Positions 19,089 through 28,263 of a stretch of 64,000 nt of DNA are shown piece by piece. The notes beneath the pieces were generated by a model, which worked only from the letters and a program-made list of their open reading frames with translations, had not been told where the DNA came from and did not search any database. Within the stretch, counting starts at the first letter, position 1. Every line of letters starts with the position of its first letter. The stretch is taken from positions 1-64,000 of IMG/VR virus record IMGVR_UViG_3300009085_000003; one strand, written 5' to 3'. The DNA is from a virus. Position numbers and translations under genes: made by a program.

Positions 19089-21980
19089 TCAATCAATGGA
19101 TGTGTACCCATTTTGCCATTGTAGGTAAATCTTGCTTCTGAGATACCCGTAATGAACTTCAATGTCATCGTCTCCGCCAGATATCACATCCGCATCAAAA
19201 ACAACAGAGGCTGCAATGCCTGAGGCATTATCTTCTATCAGGGCTTGGAGGATTTGCCCACCACCCGAGACGTCAATAGAGGCAGTATGCGCCACTAAGT
19301 CACCAGCTCCACGAGCTGCATCCTTATACATCTCGATATGGTACAAATCGCCACCATCATCCACGAGAGTAACATACATAATCCCGTTATTCGTGTTCAC
19401 CGTTGTGATACTGCCCGCTAAATCATAGGCGTAAGACCAGCTATATAGCAGGGCGCCGTTGTCATCCCCGTAGGAAATCATATACGGGTGGTGAATCACT
19501 GAAATGCGGTTCTCCCCGGTCTCAAAGCCAAAGTCCATGTCGGAGACGGGGTTGATGTAGGCAAGCAGGTCACGGGACTGAGATTGGAACGTCACCGTAT
19601 TGGTCACGCGGTCGATAGTCAGCGTGGCGACCTCATTAAGGGCTATCGACAATCCATCAAAATAGATTGCCTTTTTATTCGTGTGGTTAACGATAGCATA
19701 CACATTGGTACCACCGTATATGACAAATTTGATGGTTGTAGAGTCACCAGACCAATCTACTACGTTGTCGTAGGTACGCATATAGATGCTACCATTATTG
19801 AGGAGGTAGATATTATCATCCGGTGTAATATACACGTAATAGGGCTGCTCGCCCAAAGCCACCGCTGGGTCATTCCATTGATAATCAAAGTTCCAGTCCG
19901 CTGGGTACCAAGCACCGTTTTTATATCTAACCACCAAGCCCGGAATCAACACCCCGTATAGGTAATACTTTGGGGAATTTTGGTCTACTGTAAAAGTATA
20001 TGAACCATCGTCCATCACCACTACATAATTGAATGATACGTCGCCTGACACTCGGGTAATCTGTTCTTGATTGAGGAGTTTGGAGTATTGGTTGCCATCC
20101 CAAACCACTATCCCATCAGCACCATCAATACCACCGCCATCCTCAAAGTAACCCACGACGATTAGTTCCCCAGCTTTGTTGAAAGCCATACCACCGCCGG
20201 ATTCCGAGGAGCCAGCGTCCAGTATCCATCCACCCACGGGCTCCCACGTTGAGAGCGTGGAATTCCATTTGACAAGCCCAGCCAACGAGGTGCCGAAATA
20301 CATCGAGCCAGACATATACAACGAGCCATCCATAGGCGAGACTGCCAGATGGAACGGGGTATCAACCCAGTTTATCGTGCCCATTGGTGCCCACACAGTA
20401 CCATTCCACTGGGCAACCGCGACAGCAGCAACGCCATCCACTTCGGTGAATTGCCCCACTATCACAAGATTACCATTCGGCAGCTTCGTAATGGCAGTCA
20501 CTTCTGTTCCAGCGGTGATGCCAGCGCCCAGCGACATCCAAGTCGTGCCATTGTATCTGGCGATACCGTTGACCGTCACGCCATCCACCGTTGTAAAACT
20601 GCCACCGATATAGATGTCGCCGTTATTATCAAAGTAGATGCTGTCTCGAGACGATGCTGATGCATCAAACGAACCAACATCGACCCACGCCCCACCGTCC
20701 CAGTATTTCAGGTCGTAAGTGGCGCCATTGTCGACGATGACATAGATATATCCGTTATGGGGATTGCGCCAGAGCCTGCCCCCACTATCGGTCGGCGGAA
20801 ATACCCCATCTCCAAACTCCTCCCAGACCCCATTTTCGCGGGCATAAAGATAGTCAGCAGTCTGTAAGTCAGTTTTATTCGTATATGTGAGCTCTTGGGC
20901 GGTGTTTCCCTCTTTGATGATGAGCGGCAGAAACTGTTTATACTGTAAGACGATGCGCTCCTGATAATCGTTATCGATATTGCCTTCGAGCCCACTGTTA
21001 TACAGCGCCGGGATGAGAAAATCCTCGCCCATCTCCTCTCCATCATCGTTGAGAGGGCGATACTTAAGCAGCAGGGGCTGCCGAAATACGGTTCTATCGT
21101 GGCGGTGAGCATCTAGCAACTGACCACGGAGCTCATGCAAATCATTAACGCTGCCAGTGCGCGAGAACAACGCTCCACCTATAGCGAAATCGCGCACCCC
21201 AAAAATCGAGTTTTGATAAAATGCGCCGCCAGTGGCGGAGTCCAGCGCAACATTATAAACCGGTGGCATACCAAGACCAGCCACCATCATTATTACCAAT
21301 CCAAACTGTAGAAAACTCATCTCTCGACCTCCTGCTCTAGTATCACCACTGCGCCACGATACCGACGCGTGCGGCGCACCGAGCCATTTGTAGGCTATCT
21401 GACCAGCCACGTAACCGGTCTGGTCACCATCGCAGTATGTGGTCGCATACTTTTTCGCTTCCACCTGCAAACCATCAATGTAGAACGGTTCAACCCCAGA
21501 TATTGCACTCCTTGTCACATAGATTCTATGGGTAGCGCTGGCAGTCGCAGTATATGTGACGCTGCGCCGTATCCAGAACCCTCTACCCTTGACAGTCACC
21601 TTCTCGCTCTTAAGTACACCGGCGTTATCCGTGACATAGATATAATATGTAACACCGGGCAGACCATAAAGATACACACTAGATGTGTAGCTGGTGTTAG
21701 CAACCAGACTCAGCGCATAATACGCACCAGATTCGGTCATGTTCACCGGAATCGCTTTAAGAGAGAACAGCCCATACTTTTGCTGTTCGCCACTTTGCGA
21801 AATCGTCGCATCCACCGCAGTCCACCCGGTAGTATTGGTCTCGATAGATGGATTCCACACGAGGTTTTCGGTCAGCTCTGGTATGACAATCAGGAACGAA
21901 TCCTGTTCTATCGCACGCCCGTTAACAACCGGAGGAACTGAATAATGTAGCCTAGGATTTTTATCAAACAAATCTGTCAT
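19089..21980 (-). CDS. distal tail protein with carbohydrate-binding-like and beta-propeller inserts
   Basis: Follows tape measure; NLVWNPSIE CBM-like domain; repeated GxFTxVDGV...ARWNGxxW blades. Confidence 0.75.
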   Translation of the reverse strand: MTDLFDKNPRLHYSVPPVVNGRAIEQDSFLIVIPELTENLVWNPSIETNTTGWTAVDATISQSGEQQKYGLFSLKAIPVNMTESGAYYALSLVANTSYTSSVYLYGLPGVTYYIYVTDNAGVLKSEKVTVKGRGFWIRRSVTYTATASATHRIYVTRSAISGVEPFYIDGLQVEAKKYATTYCDGDQTGYVAGQIAYKWLGAPHASVSWRSGDTRAGGREMSFLQFGLVIMMVAGLGMPPVYNVALDSATGGAFYQNSIFGVRDFAIGGALFSRTGSVNDLHELRGQLLDAHRHDRTVFRQPLLLKYRPLNDDGEEMGEDFLIPALYNSGLEGNIDNDYQERIVLQYKQFLPLIIKEGNTAQELTYTNKTDLQTADYLYARENGVWEEFGDGVFPPTDSGGRLWRNPHNGYIYVIVDNGATYDLKYWDGGAWVDVGSFDASASSRDSIYFDNNGDIYIGGSFTTVDGVTVNGIARYNGTTWMSLGAGITAGTEVTAITKLPNGNLVIVGQFTEVDGVAAVAVAQWNGTVWAPMGTINWVDTPFHLAVSPMDGSLYMSGSMYFGTSLAGLVKWNSTLSTWEPVGGWILDAGSSESGGGMAFNKAGELIVVGYFEDGGGIDGADGIVVWDGNQYSKLLNQEQITRVSGDVSFNYVVVMDDGSYTFTVDQNSPKYYLYGVLIPGLVVRYKNGAWYPADWNFDYQWNDPAVALGEQPYYVYITPDDNIYLLNNGSIYMRTYDNVVDWSGDSTTIKFVIYGGTNVYAIVNHTNKKAIYFDGLSIALNEVATLTIDRVTNTVTFQSQSRDLLAYINPVSDMDFGFETGENRISVIHHPYMISYGDDNGALLYSWSYAYDLAGSITTVNTNNGIMYVTLVDDGGDLYHIEMYKDAARGAGDLVAHTASIDVSGGGQILQALIEDNASGIAASVVFDADVISGGDDDIEVHYGYLRSKIYLQWQNGYTSID

Positions 21981-24900
21981 TGCGCTGAACCTCCAACCAA
22001 ATGCATCAACTGGAAATTGCGTATCACTGCCGGGGCAGACTCTTGCGTCGTGACGCCCAGATTATAGGCGTTATGATTGTTAATCACCGTCGAGCGACCC
22101 AGCACTGGGGCTATCGAGCTTGCATACGGCTCGACCGTGCCAGTGTTTCGACCGACACTATTCATGGACGGAGCATTAGCGCCGCCGCCACCTATCAAGT
22201 CCCATACCCAGTCTGGAATCAGGCTTTGCAGGTACGCAAGGATTTTCCAGCCGATAGAGCGCAGCCCGTCTAGTATACCTTGAATAATGGCGATGCCCGC
22301 ATCGCGCAAATCGACATAGATGCCAGATATCCAGTCCATAATATCTTGGATATACTCCGTAACGTTGGTGTATATCTCCAGCGCCTTTGTGGTGACCGCA
22401 GTCACCATATTTGACCACGCCTCGGAAAGATTAGTTTTGATTTCTTCCCATTTGTTCACCAACCAGTCCTTGACCTCTTGAATTTTCGCCGCGATTCTAT
22501 CCTTGATTTCTTGCACCTTGGCAGCTATAGCAGTTTTTATCAATTCCCAGATAGCCGAGGCATTCTGGCGCATTTCATCCCACTTGCTTTTGACATAGGC
22601 GACAATGGCTGGGATGCCCACTGTAAATATTGCCTTCCACGCAGCGACCATCCGCTTAATTCCATCGCTAATCTTTGCCCCGTAAACCTCCCAAGCTAAT
22701 TTCAGCATAATGATATACTGCATGACCAGCATGATTCCCTCAAACACACCTTTCACCAACAAACCTATTGTGACTAGGATGCCACCAATAGATTTGCCGA
22801 CGGCTTTCCCTAGTGACTTCCAGATGGACTCACCAAAGGCTTTTTTCCAATCGTCGAGCACAGGCTTAATCCGTTTGTTGTAGTAACGCTGTATTGCCAT
22901 CGAAAGCGTGTTAAACTCGCGTATCAATGGCTTGAACATAGGTACAATTTCGTTGTTCCACTTATCCTTGAACGGCTGAAACATCTCATCGAGCTTTGCT
23001 TTAACATTCTCTTTGATGGCATCCAAAGCTGTGGTGACATTCAACTTGCTCATGTCTATTCCGCCCAGCGCGTCCGCCGCAGCCTGAGCCGCAGCTGCCG
23101 CAGCAGCGCCAGCTTTAGCCTCTGCTTCCGCAGCTCGAGCAGCGGCGTTCCGAGCGTTGGCGATTTCCAACTGCTCCTCAAGTGCCTGCTGCATCAAAGA
23201 CACCTGCTCCATCAGGGGCTCCACGACCTCTACTTGGTCATCATATTGCTCCTGCGCGGCGTCGGCGTTATCTTCTGCCAGCCGGTAAGCATCCTGCGCT
23301 GCCTGTAACTCGGCACGCTTGGCAGCCAACACTGCTGGGTCGGCTCCGGCTTCAACGAGAGCGGTGTACTCATCAGATAATTTCTGGACATTCTCTCCGG
23401 CATCCTTTTGGGCTTTGTTAGCGTCCTTGAGGATTTCCTGATACTCCTCGAGCATCTTGGTTGCATCGCCCAAAGCTATTTGCTGCTCGACAAGCTCTGC
23501 CAGTTCGTCGCCATAGTCACCCGCTGCGCCGCGTATCCGTTCCAGTAGCTCGTCCAGCCCAGTCCCAGTAGCAATGACCTCTGTAATCTGTTCAGATAGG
23601 TCAGCAAACAGAGTTTCGGCAGCTCCTCGCTCACCACCCACTCCACCAAAGGCGGTCATCAGGGCAGCCCGCAAGGGGCTCTGAATAGCATTCAAGATGC
23701 TGAACTGAGCTTGCGTGAATCCGTTAAGATATTCATTCATCGCCGCCGCACCCCAGACATCAATCTCGGGGGCAACTTTAGGGGGCGAGCCGGGGGACAA
23801 CCATCCGCCCAGCATACTACTGATAAGGCTCATGGCGCCGCCAATACTGGAGAGAGCGCCCTCAATCAAGCCAAGGGCAAACTCGGCTATGGTATTAAAA
23901 CCCCATGTGCCAGCCTTGGTGATAAAACCGATAAATTGACTCGCTGCATCATTGAGCATATCAATGATAGGCATGACAGCCGACCCAGATGCATCGCGTA
24001 TTTGTTCCATGAACCACTCAGCCGCACCGCCAGCTAAACCCAGCACCTGCTGTAGATTATCAACCGCGGTCGTCACAGTGTTGATTTGAGTCGCGTCCAA
24101 GTCCTTGCCTAGAGCCTTACCGATATACTCGATAGCCTTTTGCGCGTCTCCCGACAACAGGGCGGCAAAAGCAGAGGCGAACCGGTAAACACCCTGCATA
24201 GCTGCATCGAAGGCGCCCGTGAATGGAGCACCAATAGCCAGTTGTATATCGTTGAGCACGCGCGGCATGGAGCCCATGATTTTATAGCCACTGGTCATCG
24301 CTAAGTCGTATGCCCCGGCAATCTTAGCGCCTTCGGCAATCACCGCGTTAAGCATAGCCTGTTGTTTTTCAACTGGGGTCAATTGCCCAGCCGTTTTGTT
24401 CAACGTTTTGGCGTAGGTATTGAACGCCTCATCAGCACTAACCATGATTCCATACGTGCGCAAAATCATGGTGTTGTAGGTCATCACGCCATACTTTAAG
24501 CCCTCGAGGGTATCAGTAGAGTTACGACCAGCAACCACCGCTGCGTCCTTGGCAACATTCGCAAGCGCTTCGGCATCCGCCATATCCATGGAGGCGCGTG
24601 CCATCTCGGTGATAAGCTCAGCAGCTGTTGCCGCTTCGATACCAGAGTCACGGATTCTCTTGATGAACTCATCAACCTGCTGGGTTGTGTAGTTTTGCTT
24701 TTGCCCCATCATATAAGCCACAGTCGTGATTTCCTCAAAGCGGCTTGCTGCCTGAATAGCCTCTTTTTCAAACGCAACGAATTGCTGAACGGTGTGTTGT
24801 ACCCAGTTCGCTAGATTGATGAAAGATTCAGATAGCAGATTTCCACCCGCGACAGCCAGCATCATGGCTGGATTCACGGCGCCCGTGAGCACCCCGGTCA

Positions 24901-25084
24901 ACTTACCAAAAGCAGACATTCCCATCCCGGCTTGGGATGGGATTGACTGTAGTTGTCCGCCCAAATTTTTGAGCATATCAGAGAACCCACCCGTAGACTG
25001 GCGTGCCGCATCGATGCCTTTGCGAAAGGCAGCCTCATTCTCGACTATTAATCGCACGCCAGTTGGTACTAGGTTATCACCCAT
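21977..25084 (-). CDS. tape measure protein
   Basis: Long Ala-rich helical protein with 11-aa spaced Trp repeats, after tail chaperone. Confidence 0.9.
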   Translation of the reverse strand: MGDNLVPTGVRLIVENEAAFRKGIDAARQSTGGFSDMLKNLGGQLQSIPSQAGMGMSAFGKLTGVLTGAVNPAMMLAVAGGNLLSESFINLANWVQHTVQQFVAFEKEAIQAASRFEEITTVAYMMGQKQNYTTQQVDEFIKRIRDSGIEAATAAELITEMARASMDMADAEALANVAKDAAVVAGRNSTDTLEGLKYGVMTYNTMILRTYGIMVSADEAFNTYAKTLNKTAGQLTPVEKQQAMLNAVIAEGAKIAGAYDLAMTSGYKIMGSMPRVLNDIQLAIGAPFTGAFDAAMQGVYRFASAFAALLSGDAQKAIEYIGKALGKDLDATQINTVTTAVDNLQQVLGLAGGAAEWFMEQIRDASGSAVMPIIDMLNDAASQFIGFITKAGTWGFNTIAEFALGLIEGALSSIGGAMSLISSMLGGWLSPGSPPKVAPEIDVWGAAAMNEYLNGFTQAQFSILNAIQSPLRAALMTAFGGVGGERGAAETLFADLSEQITEVIATGTGLDELLERIRGAAGDYGDELAELVEQQIALGDATKMLEEYQEILKDANKAQKDAGENVQKLSDEYTALVEAGADPAVLAAKRAELQAAQDAYRLAEDNADAAQEQYDDQVEVVEPLMEQVSLMQQALEEQLEIANARNAAARAAEAEAKAGAAAAAAAQAAADALGGIDMSKLNVTTALDAIKENVKAKLDEMFQPFKDKWNNEIVPMFKPLIREFNTLSMAIQRYYNKRIKPVLDDWKKAFGESIWKSLGKAVGKSIGGILVTIGLLVKGVFEGIMLVMQYIIMLKLAWEVYGAKISDGIKRMVAAWKAIFTVGIPAIVAYVKSKWDEMRQNASAIWELIKTAIAAKVQEIKDRIAAKIQEVKDWLVNKWEEIKTNLSEAWSNMVTAVTTKALEIYTNVTEYIQDIMDWISGIYVDLRDAGIAIIQGILDGLRSIGWKILAYLQSLIPDWVWDLIGGGGANAPSMNSVGRNTGTVEPYASSIAPVLGRSTVINNHNAYNLGVTTQESAPAVIRNFQLMHLVGGSAQ

Positions 25085-25336
25085 TTAGTGTTTTCCTTTG
25101 CCCGACTTGGGCTTTTTGGGCTGGTTCTCTTTTTGTAACAGCGCCTCCATAGCGCTAGTGTCTCGGTAAGCGGCAATCACAAACGATTGCTCATCTCCAT
25201 CCATCTCGCAAAACCTGTCCCATGGTATATGCGCCCAGCGAGCCGCATTAATCCACTCAAGATATGGTGCGTGTCGAAATCCAGACTTGGGGATACTGTA
25301 GCTACTGAGCGGGCGTCCCCTGTATAGTGTCTGGAA
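25085..25336 (-). CDS. frameshifted C-terminal extension of tail assembly chaperone (GT)
   Basis: Open +1 frame from TTT-C ending at TAA that abuts the tape measure ATG; YLEWINAARWAHIPWDRFCEMDGDEQSFVIAAY. Confidence 0.65.
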   Translation of the reverse strand, partial: FQTLYRGRPLSSYSIPKSGFRHAPYLEWINAARWAHIPWDRFCEMDGDEQSFVIAAYRDTSAMEALLQKENQPKKPKSGKGKH

Positions 25337-25817
25337 ATAATTCAGCGGCTTGCTTCACCGCCATTTCCGTAGGCTGAGACCTACGCATAATAGTTTCGAT
25401 AAGCTCGTTCATATCGTCCGGTGACCCGATTGCGACATACGAGATGAACGCAACCAAATCGTTCTTTTCGAGTTCACCCATTTTGTTTTCAGCCCAGTAG
25501 TCGCGTATCTCTTTCAGGCGCTGTTTGTCATCGTCGGTCAAGGTGTACACGACACCAAACTGAATCATGGCGCGGCGGACACGCAGCTCCAGCTCAGTAT
25601 CGTAGGCTTTCATTGCCTTGAGATGACTGGGGTGAGCGGCATTCGGCTCGAGCTTCTTTTTTCCGTCCCCGTAATCAACTTCTTGCATAGGCGGCTCGGG
25701 CGGCGGAAAGCCACGTTGGACTTCCATCACCAAAAGCGGGGAAACTTTGCGGATTTGAACTTGATAGCCGCCATCTTTGAAAGTGAACGGGGTTAGTTCG
25801 TTCGGTTTGAGACTCAT
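25302..25817 (-). CDS. tail assembly chaperone (G)
   Basis: Between tail tube and tape measure genes; GAGGAG RBS. Confidence 0.75.
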   Translation of the reverse strand: MSLKPNELTPFTFKDGGYQVQIRKVSPLLVMEVQRGFPPPEPPMQEVDYGDGKKKLEPNAAHPSHLKAMKAYDTELELRVRRAMIQFGVVYTLTDDDKQRLKEIRDYWAENKMGELEKNDLVAFISYVAIGSPDDMNELIETIMRRSQPTEMAVKQAAELFPDTIQGTPAQ

Positions 25818-25846
25818 ATTATCAATACTCCTCACACATAGATTAG

Positions 25847-25884
25847 ACCGTGTGGGTATATCCGCTAGGACACACCCACACGGT
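25847..25884. terminator. stem-loop after major tail gene
   Basis: Perfect 11-bp stem ACCGTGTGGGT/ACCCACACGGT; no clear U-tract. Confidence 0.5.
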
Positions 25885-25895
25885 AGGTCAACATT

Positions 25896-27434
25896 TTACA
25901 GCTTGGTGGCGGTGCCGACGAGAATAATGCCGTCGGTCGCATTACCAGCCAAACCAGCTACAGCCAGATTGTTTGCGGCAACGCCAGCAAAGGTATCTGG
26001 GAACGCAAGTCGGTGTGCATAGTCAAACACCGGCAGGTTCATCACGCGGGGCGCGGTCATTGTCCAGTCCGCACCGCCATTGAACGTGCCAAAGATACGT
26101 GCCGTGGGTGTCGCAGTTGAGTGCGAGAACCAGCCGACCTCAGCAGTTGGGAATATGATGTCATACAAGACACCAGCTCCGCTACCAGAGAATGCGACTT
26201 CCACCCAGCTTTCGCCGCCATCAAGGGTGTAGTACAGATGCCCACCCGAGCCCAGCCAGAACCTCTTGGATGTCAGGACACAAACAGCAGTGCCATCATC
26301 AGCGGAGGGGCTGGTGGTCGTGGTCGCCCAAGTCAAGCCACGGTTGATGCTCTTAATCACAACACCACCAACACCAAAGCACACAATGGTGTCGTTCTTG
26401 TCGCCATGGATGCGTGTCAGGTCAGCAGAGGTTGCTGAACCAGCGCTCTTAACTTCCACACCGGCGGTGATATTGTCACTAAAGTAGACATAACCGTCCT
26501 CAGCCGAGAACCACACTTCGGTCGAGTTGGACACGAACATATCCAATGGTTTGTGGCTGCCATCAAAGCCACTGGAAACCTTGGTGAAGGTTCCCGGCAC
26601 ACCAGTGCTGGTGTTGATAGCTGCGTAGAAATACGCGCCGTTGGATGACAAAACAACCAGATAGTTACCGACGATATCGATAGCCAGAGGCTGGTCGCTG
26701 GCGCTTGTCCATCCAGCAATGTTGGCTTGGAACCAGTTTGCCCCACCATCCAGAGAATAGACAATCTCAGACGGCATACCGGGAGAACCGGAGCCACTGT
26801 CCTTGGTCACACCGTAGATGAGCTGCGTGCCATCGCTGACAATTCCGCACTCACCACAGGAGAACTTGCTGTGATAGACGATATCTATCACCTCAAGGTC
26901 AACCTGAGTTGTGGCACCCTCTCCAAACGAGATGGAGCCAACGGGGTAAATGTCGTCAAGTGTCAGGGACAGGCTATCTTCCATGGCATCATCAGAATCC
27001 CAGCTTGTGCGGGAGCCGAGGTCTTTGCTGTCGACCAAGGCACCGCTGTAAATCAGAACGTAGTCTGACCAGCCGTTGAGGAAATCGCTCAAGTCCTCGC
27101 AGTTTCCGGTGACTTCGTACAGATTGAAACGGCAACCCATGGTGAGCAGCTGACGCGGGATAGAGCCGTGCTTCTCGTGCATGAGCAGCGTGGCGCTTGC
27201 CAAATCCGGCGCGGAAATCTGGCGTGCTACCAGTTTGTAGCGCCCGACTTGACGTGGGTCATGAACCCAAATGGGGTCTGCTCCACCAGTCTCGGGCAGC
27301 GTGACACCCTCAATCGCCATATACTGGGCATTCTGTCCGGCATACTTGACTGGGTTAGCAGGGCTTGCACCGTTGAACTGGATGAAGTTTCGCTTGTGTT
27401 TTTGAGTAATTAGCTCATCGGCATTAATGGTCAT
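25896..27434 (-). CDS. major tail (tube) protein with C-terminal Asp-box beta-propeller
   Basis: Synteny upstream of chaperone; SLDGGANW, SINRGLTW, TLDGGESW, TFNGGADW. Confidence 0.7.
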   Translation of the reverse strand: MTINADELITQKHKRNFIQFNGASPANPVKYAGQNAQYMAIEGVTLPETGGADPIWVHDPRQVGRYKLVARQISAPDLASATLLMHEKHGSIPRQLLTMGCRFNLYEVTGNCEDLSDFLNGWSDYVLIYSGALVDSKDLGSRTSWDSDDAMEDSLSLTLDDIYPVGSISFGEGATTQVDLEVIDIVYHSKFSCGECGIVSDGTQLIYGVTKDSGSGSPGMPSEIVYSLDGGANWFQANIAGWTSASDQPLAIDIVGNYLVVLSSNGAYFYAAINTSTGVPGTFTKVSSGFDGSHKPLDMFVSNSTEVWFSAEDGYVYFSDNITAGVEVKSAGSATSADLTRIHGDKNDTIVCFGVGGVVIKSINRGLTWATTTTSPSADDGTAVCVLTSKRFWLGSGGHLYYTLDGGESWVEVAFSGSGAGVLYDIIFPTAEVGWFSHSTATPTARIFGTFNGGADWTMTAPRVMNLPVFDYAHRLAFPDTFAGVAANNLAVAGLAGNATDGIILVGTATKL

Positions 27435-27460
27435 ATCGATACTCCTTATATTAGTTATTT

Positions 27461-27545
27461 AAAAATACCGCGCACCCCTTGGGTACACGGTAGCCAATCT
27501 CCGAAACCCACTCAGATGCAGTGGTCTGGCAAAATCATTATAGCA
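27461..27545 (-). promoter_or_regulatory. extended -10 promoter and structured leader with terminator-like hairpin
   Basis: TGCTATAAT at 27537-27545; hairpin 27466-27492 followed by TTTTT. Confidence 0.55.
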
Positions 27546-27555
27546 CATAGGTACG

Positions 27556-28263
27556 CTAGTGATACTTATTATCAATCGACTTGATGAACTCCACTATTGT
27601 GTCTGGTGTGTCATCCCGGTTGAACTCGACTCGCACAAAACGCGGGTCGTCCGGGGTCTCGCGTACCGCTTTCAGCTCCTCCATGCGTATCTCCAAGCTA
27701 TTCGCTAAATCCCAGATTGCCAATTGGTTGTGTTGCTGCGCCAGCTTGATGGCTTTTTCGTAGTTGTGCTCAACCACGGAGACGTCAAGAAAGAACTTGC
27801 GGCTCTCCTTATCGTACCACCCGCCGATATGGGTCTGGTTGTTCTTTTTCAGCAAATCTTGATGCTTGTCGATAAAGTTGGCGACATCGTTCGGATTCGG
27901 ACTCGTGGCATCGATGATAGTTTCGTAGTCTTTAAAGATTGACAGGGCATAGCCATCAGCTGGGCTACTGGCACTGCGTGGCTCAAACGTGAACCCGCCC
28001 TCAGTCAGCATCCGGTCGGTCAGGAACTTACCCATCTCAACTTTTTCCTCTGGAGCAAAATACCGCTCCTCTTGAACCTGTCGAGGCGCATCAGCACCCA
28101 TGGATTCCGACTCGGCTTTACCAGAACCATCACCCTCGCCACTACCACCAATTTTGCCCGGACGCCCAGCGTGCCCAAAATTACCGGAGCCCTTGCCTCC
28201 TTTGGTAGTGACAAAAACAGACAGGATGTTTTCAATCGCAGTGAAATCATTTGGCTCGGTCAT
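27556..28263 (-). CDS. tagged putative virion cargo protein, SAM-lyase-like domain
   Basis: KGG tag at aa 21-41, then GGW...FLDVS...AIKLAQQHNQLAIWD. Confidence 0.6.
   Translation of the reverse strand: MTEPNDFTAIENILSVFVTTKGGKGSGNFGHAGRPGKIGGSGEGDGSGKAESESMGADAPRQVQEERYFAPEEKVEMGKFLTDRMLTEGGFTFEPRSASSPADGYALSIFKDYETIIDATSPNPNDVANFIDKHQDLLKKNNQTHIGGWYDKESRKFFLDVSVVEHNYEKAIKLAQQHNQLAIWDLANSLEIRMEELKAVRETPDDPRFVRVEFNRDDTPDTIVEFIKSIDNKYH
28141..28203 (-). repeat. KGG-GH tag copy 1
   Basis: KGGKGSGNFGHAGRPGKIGGS. Confidence 0.95.
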
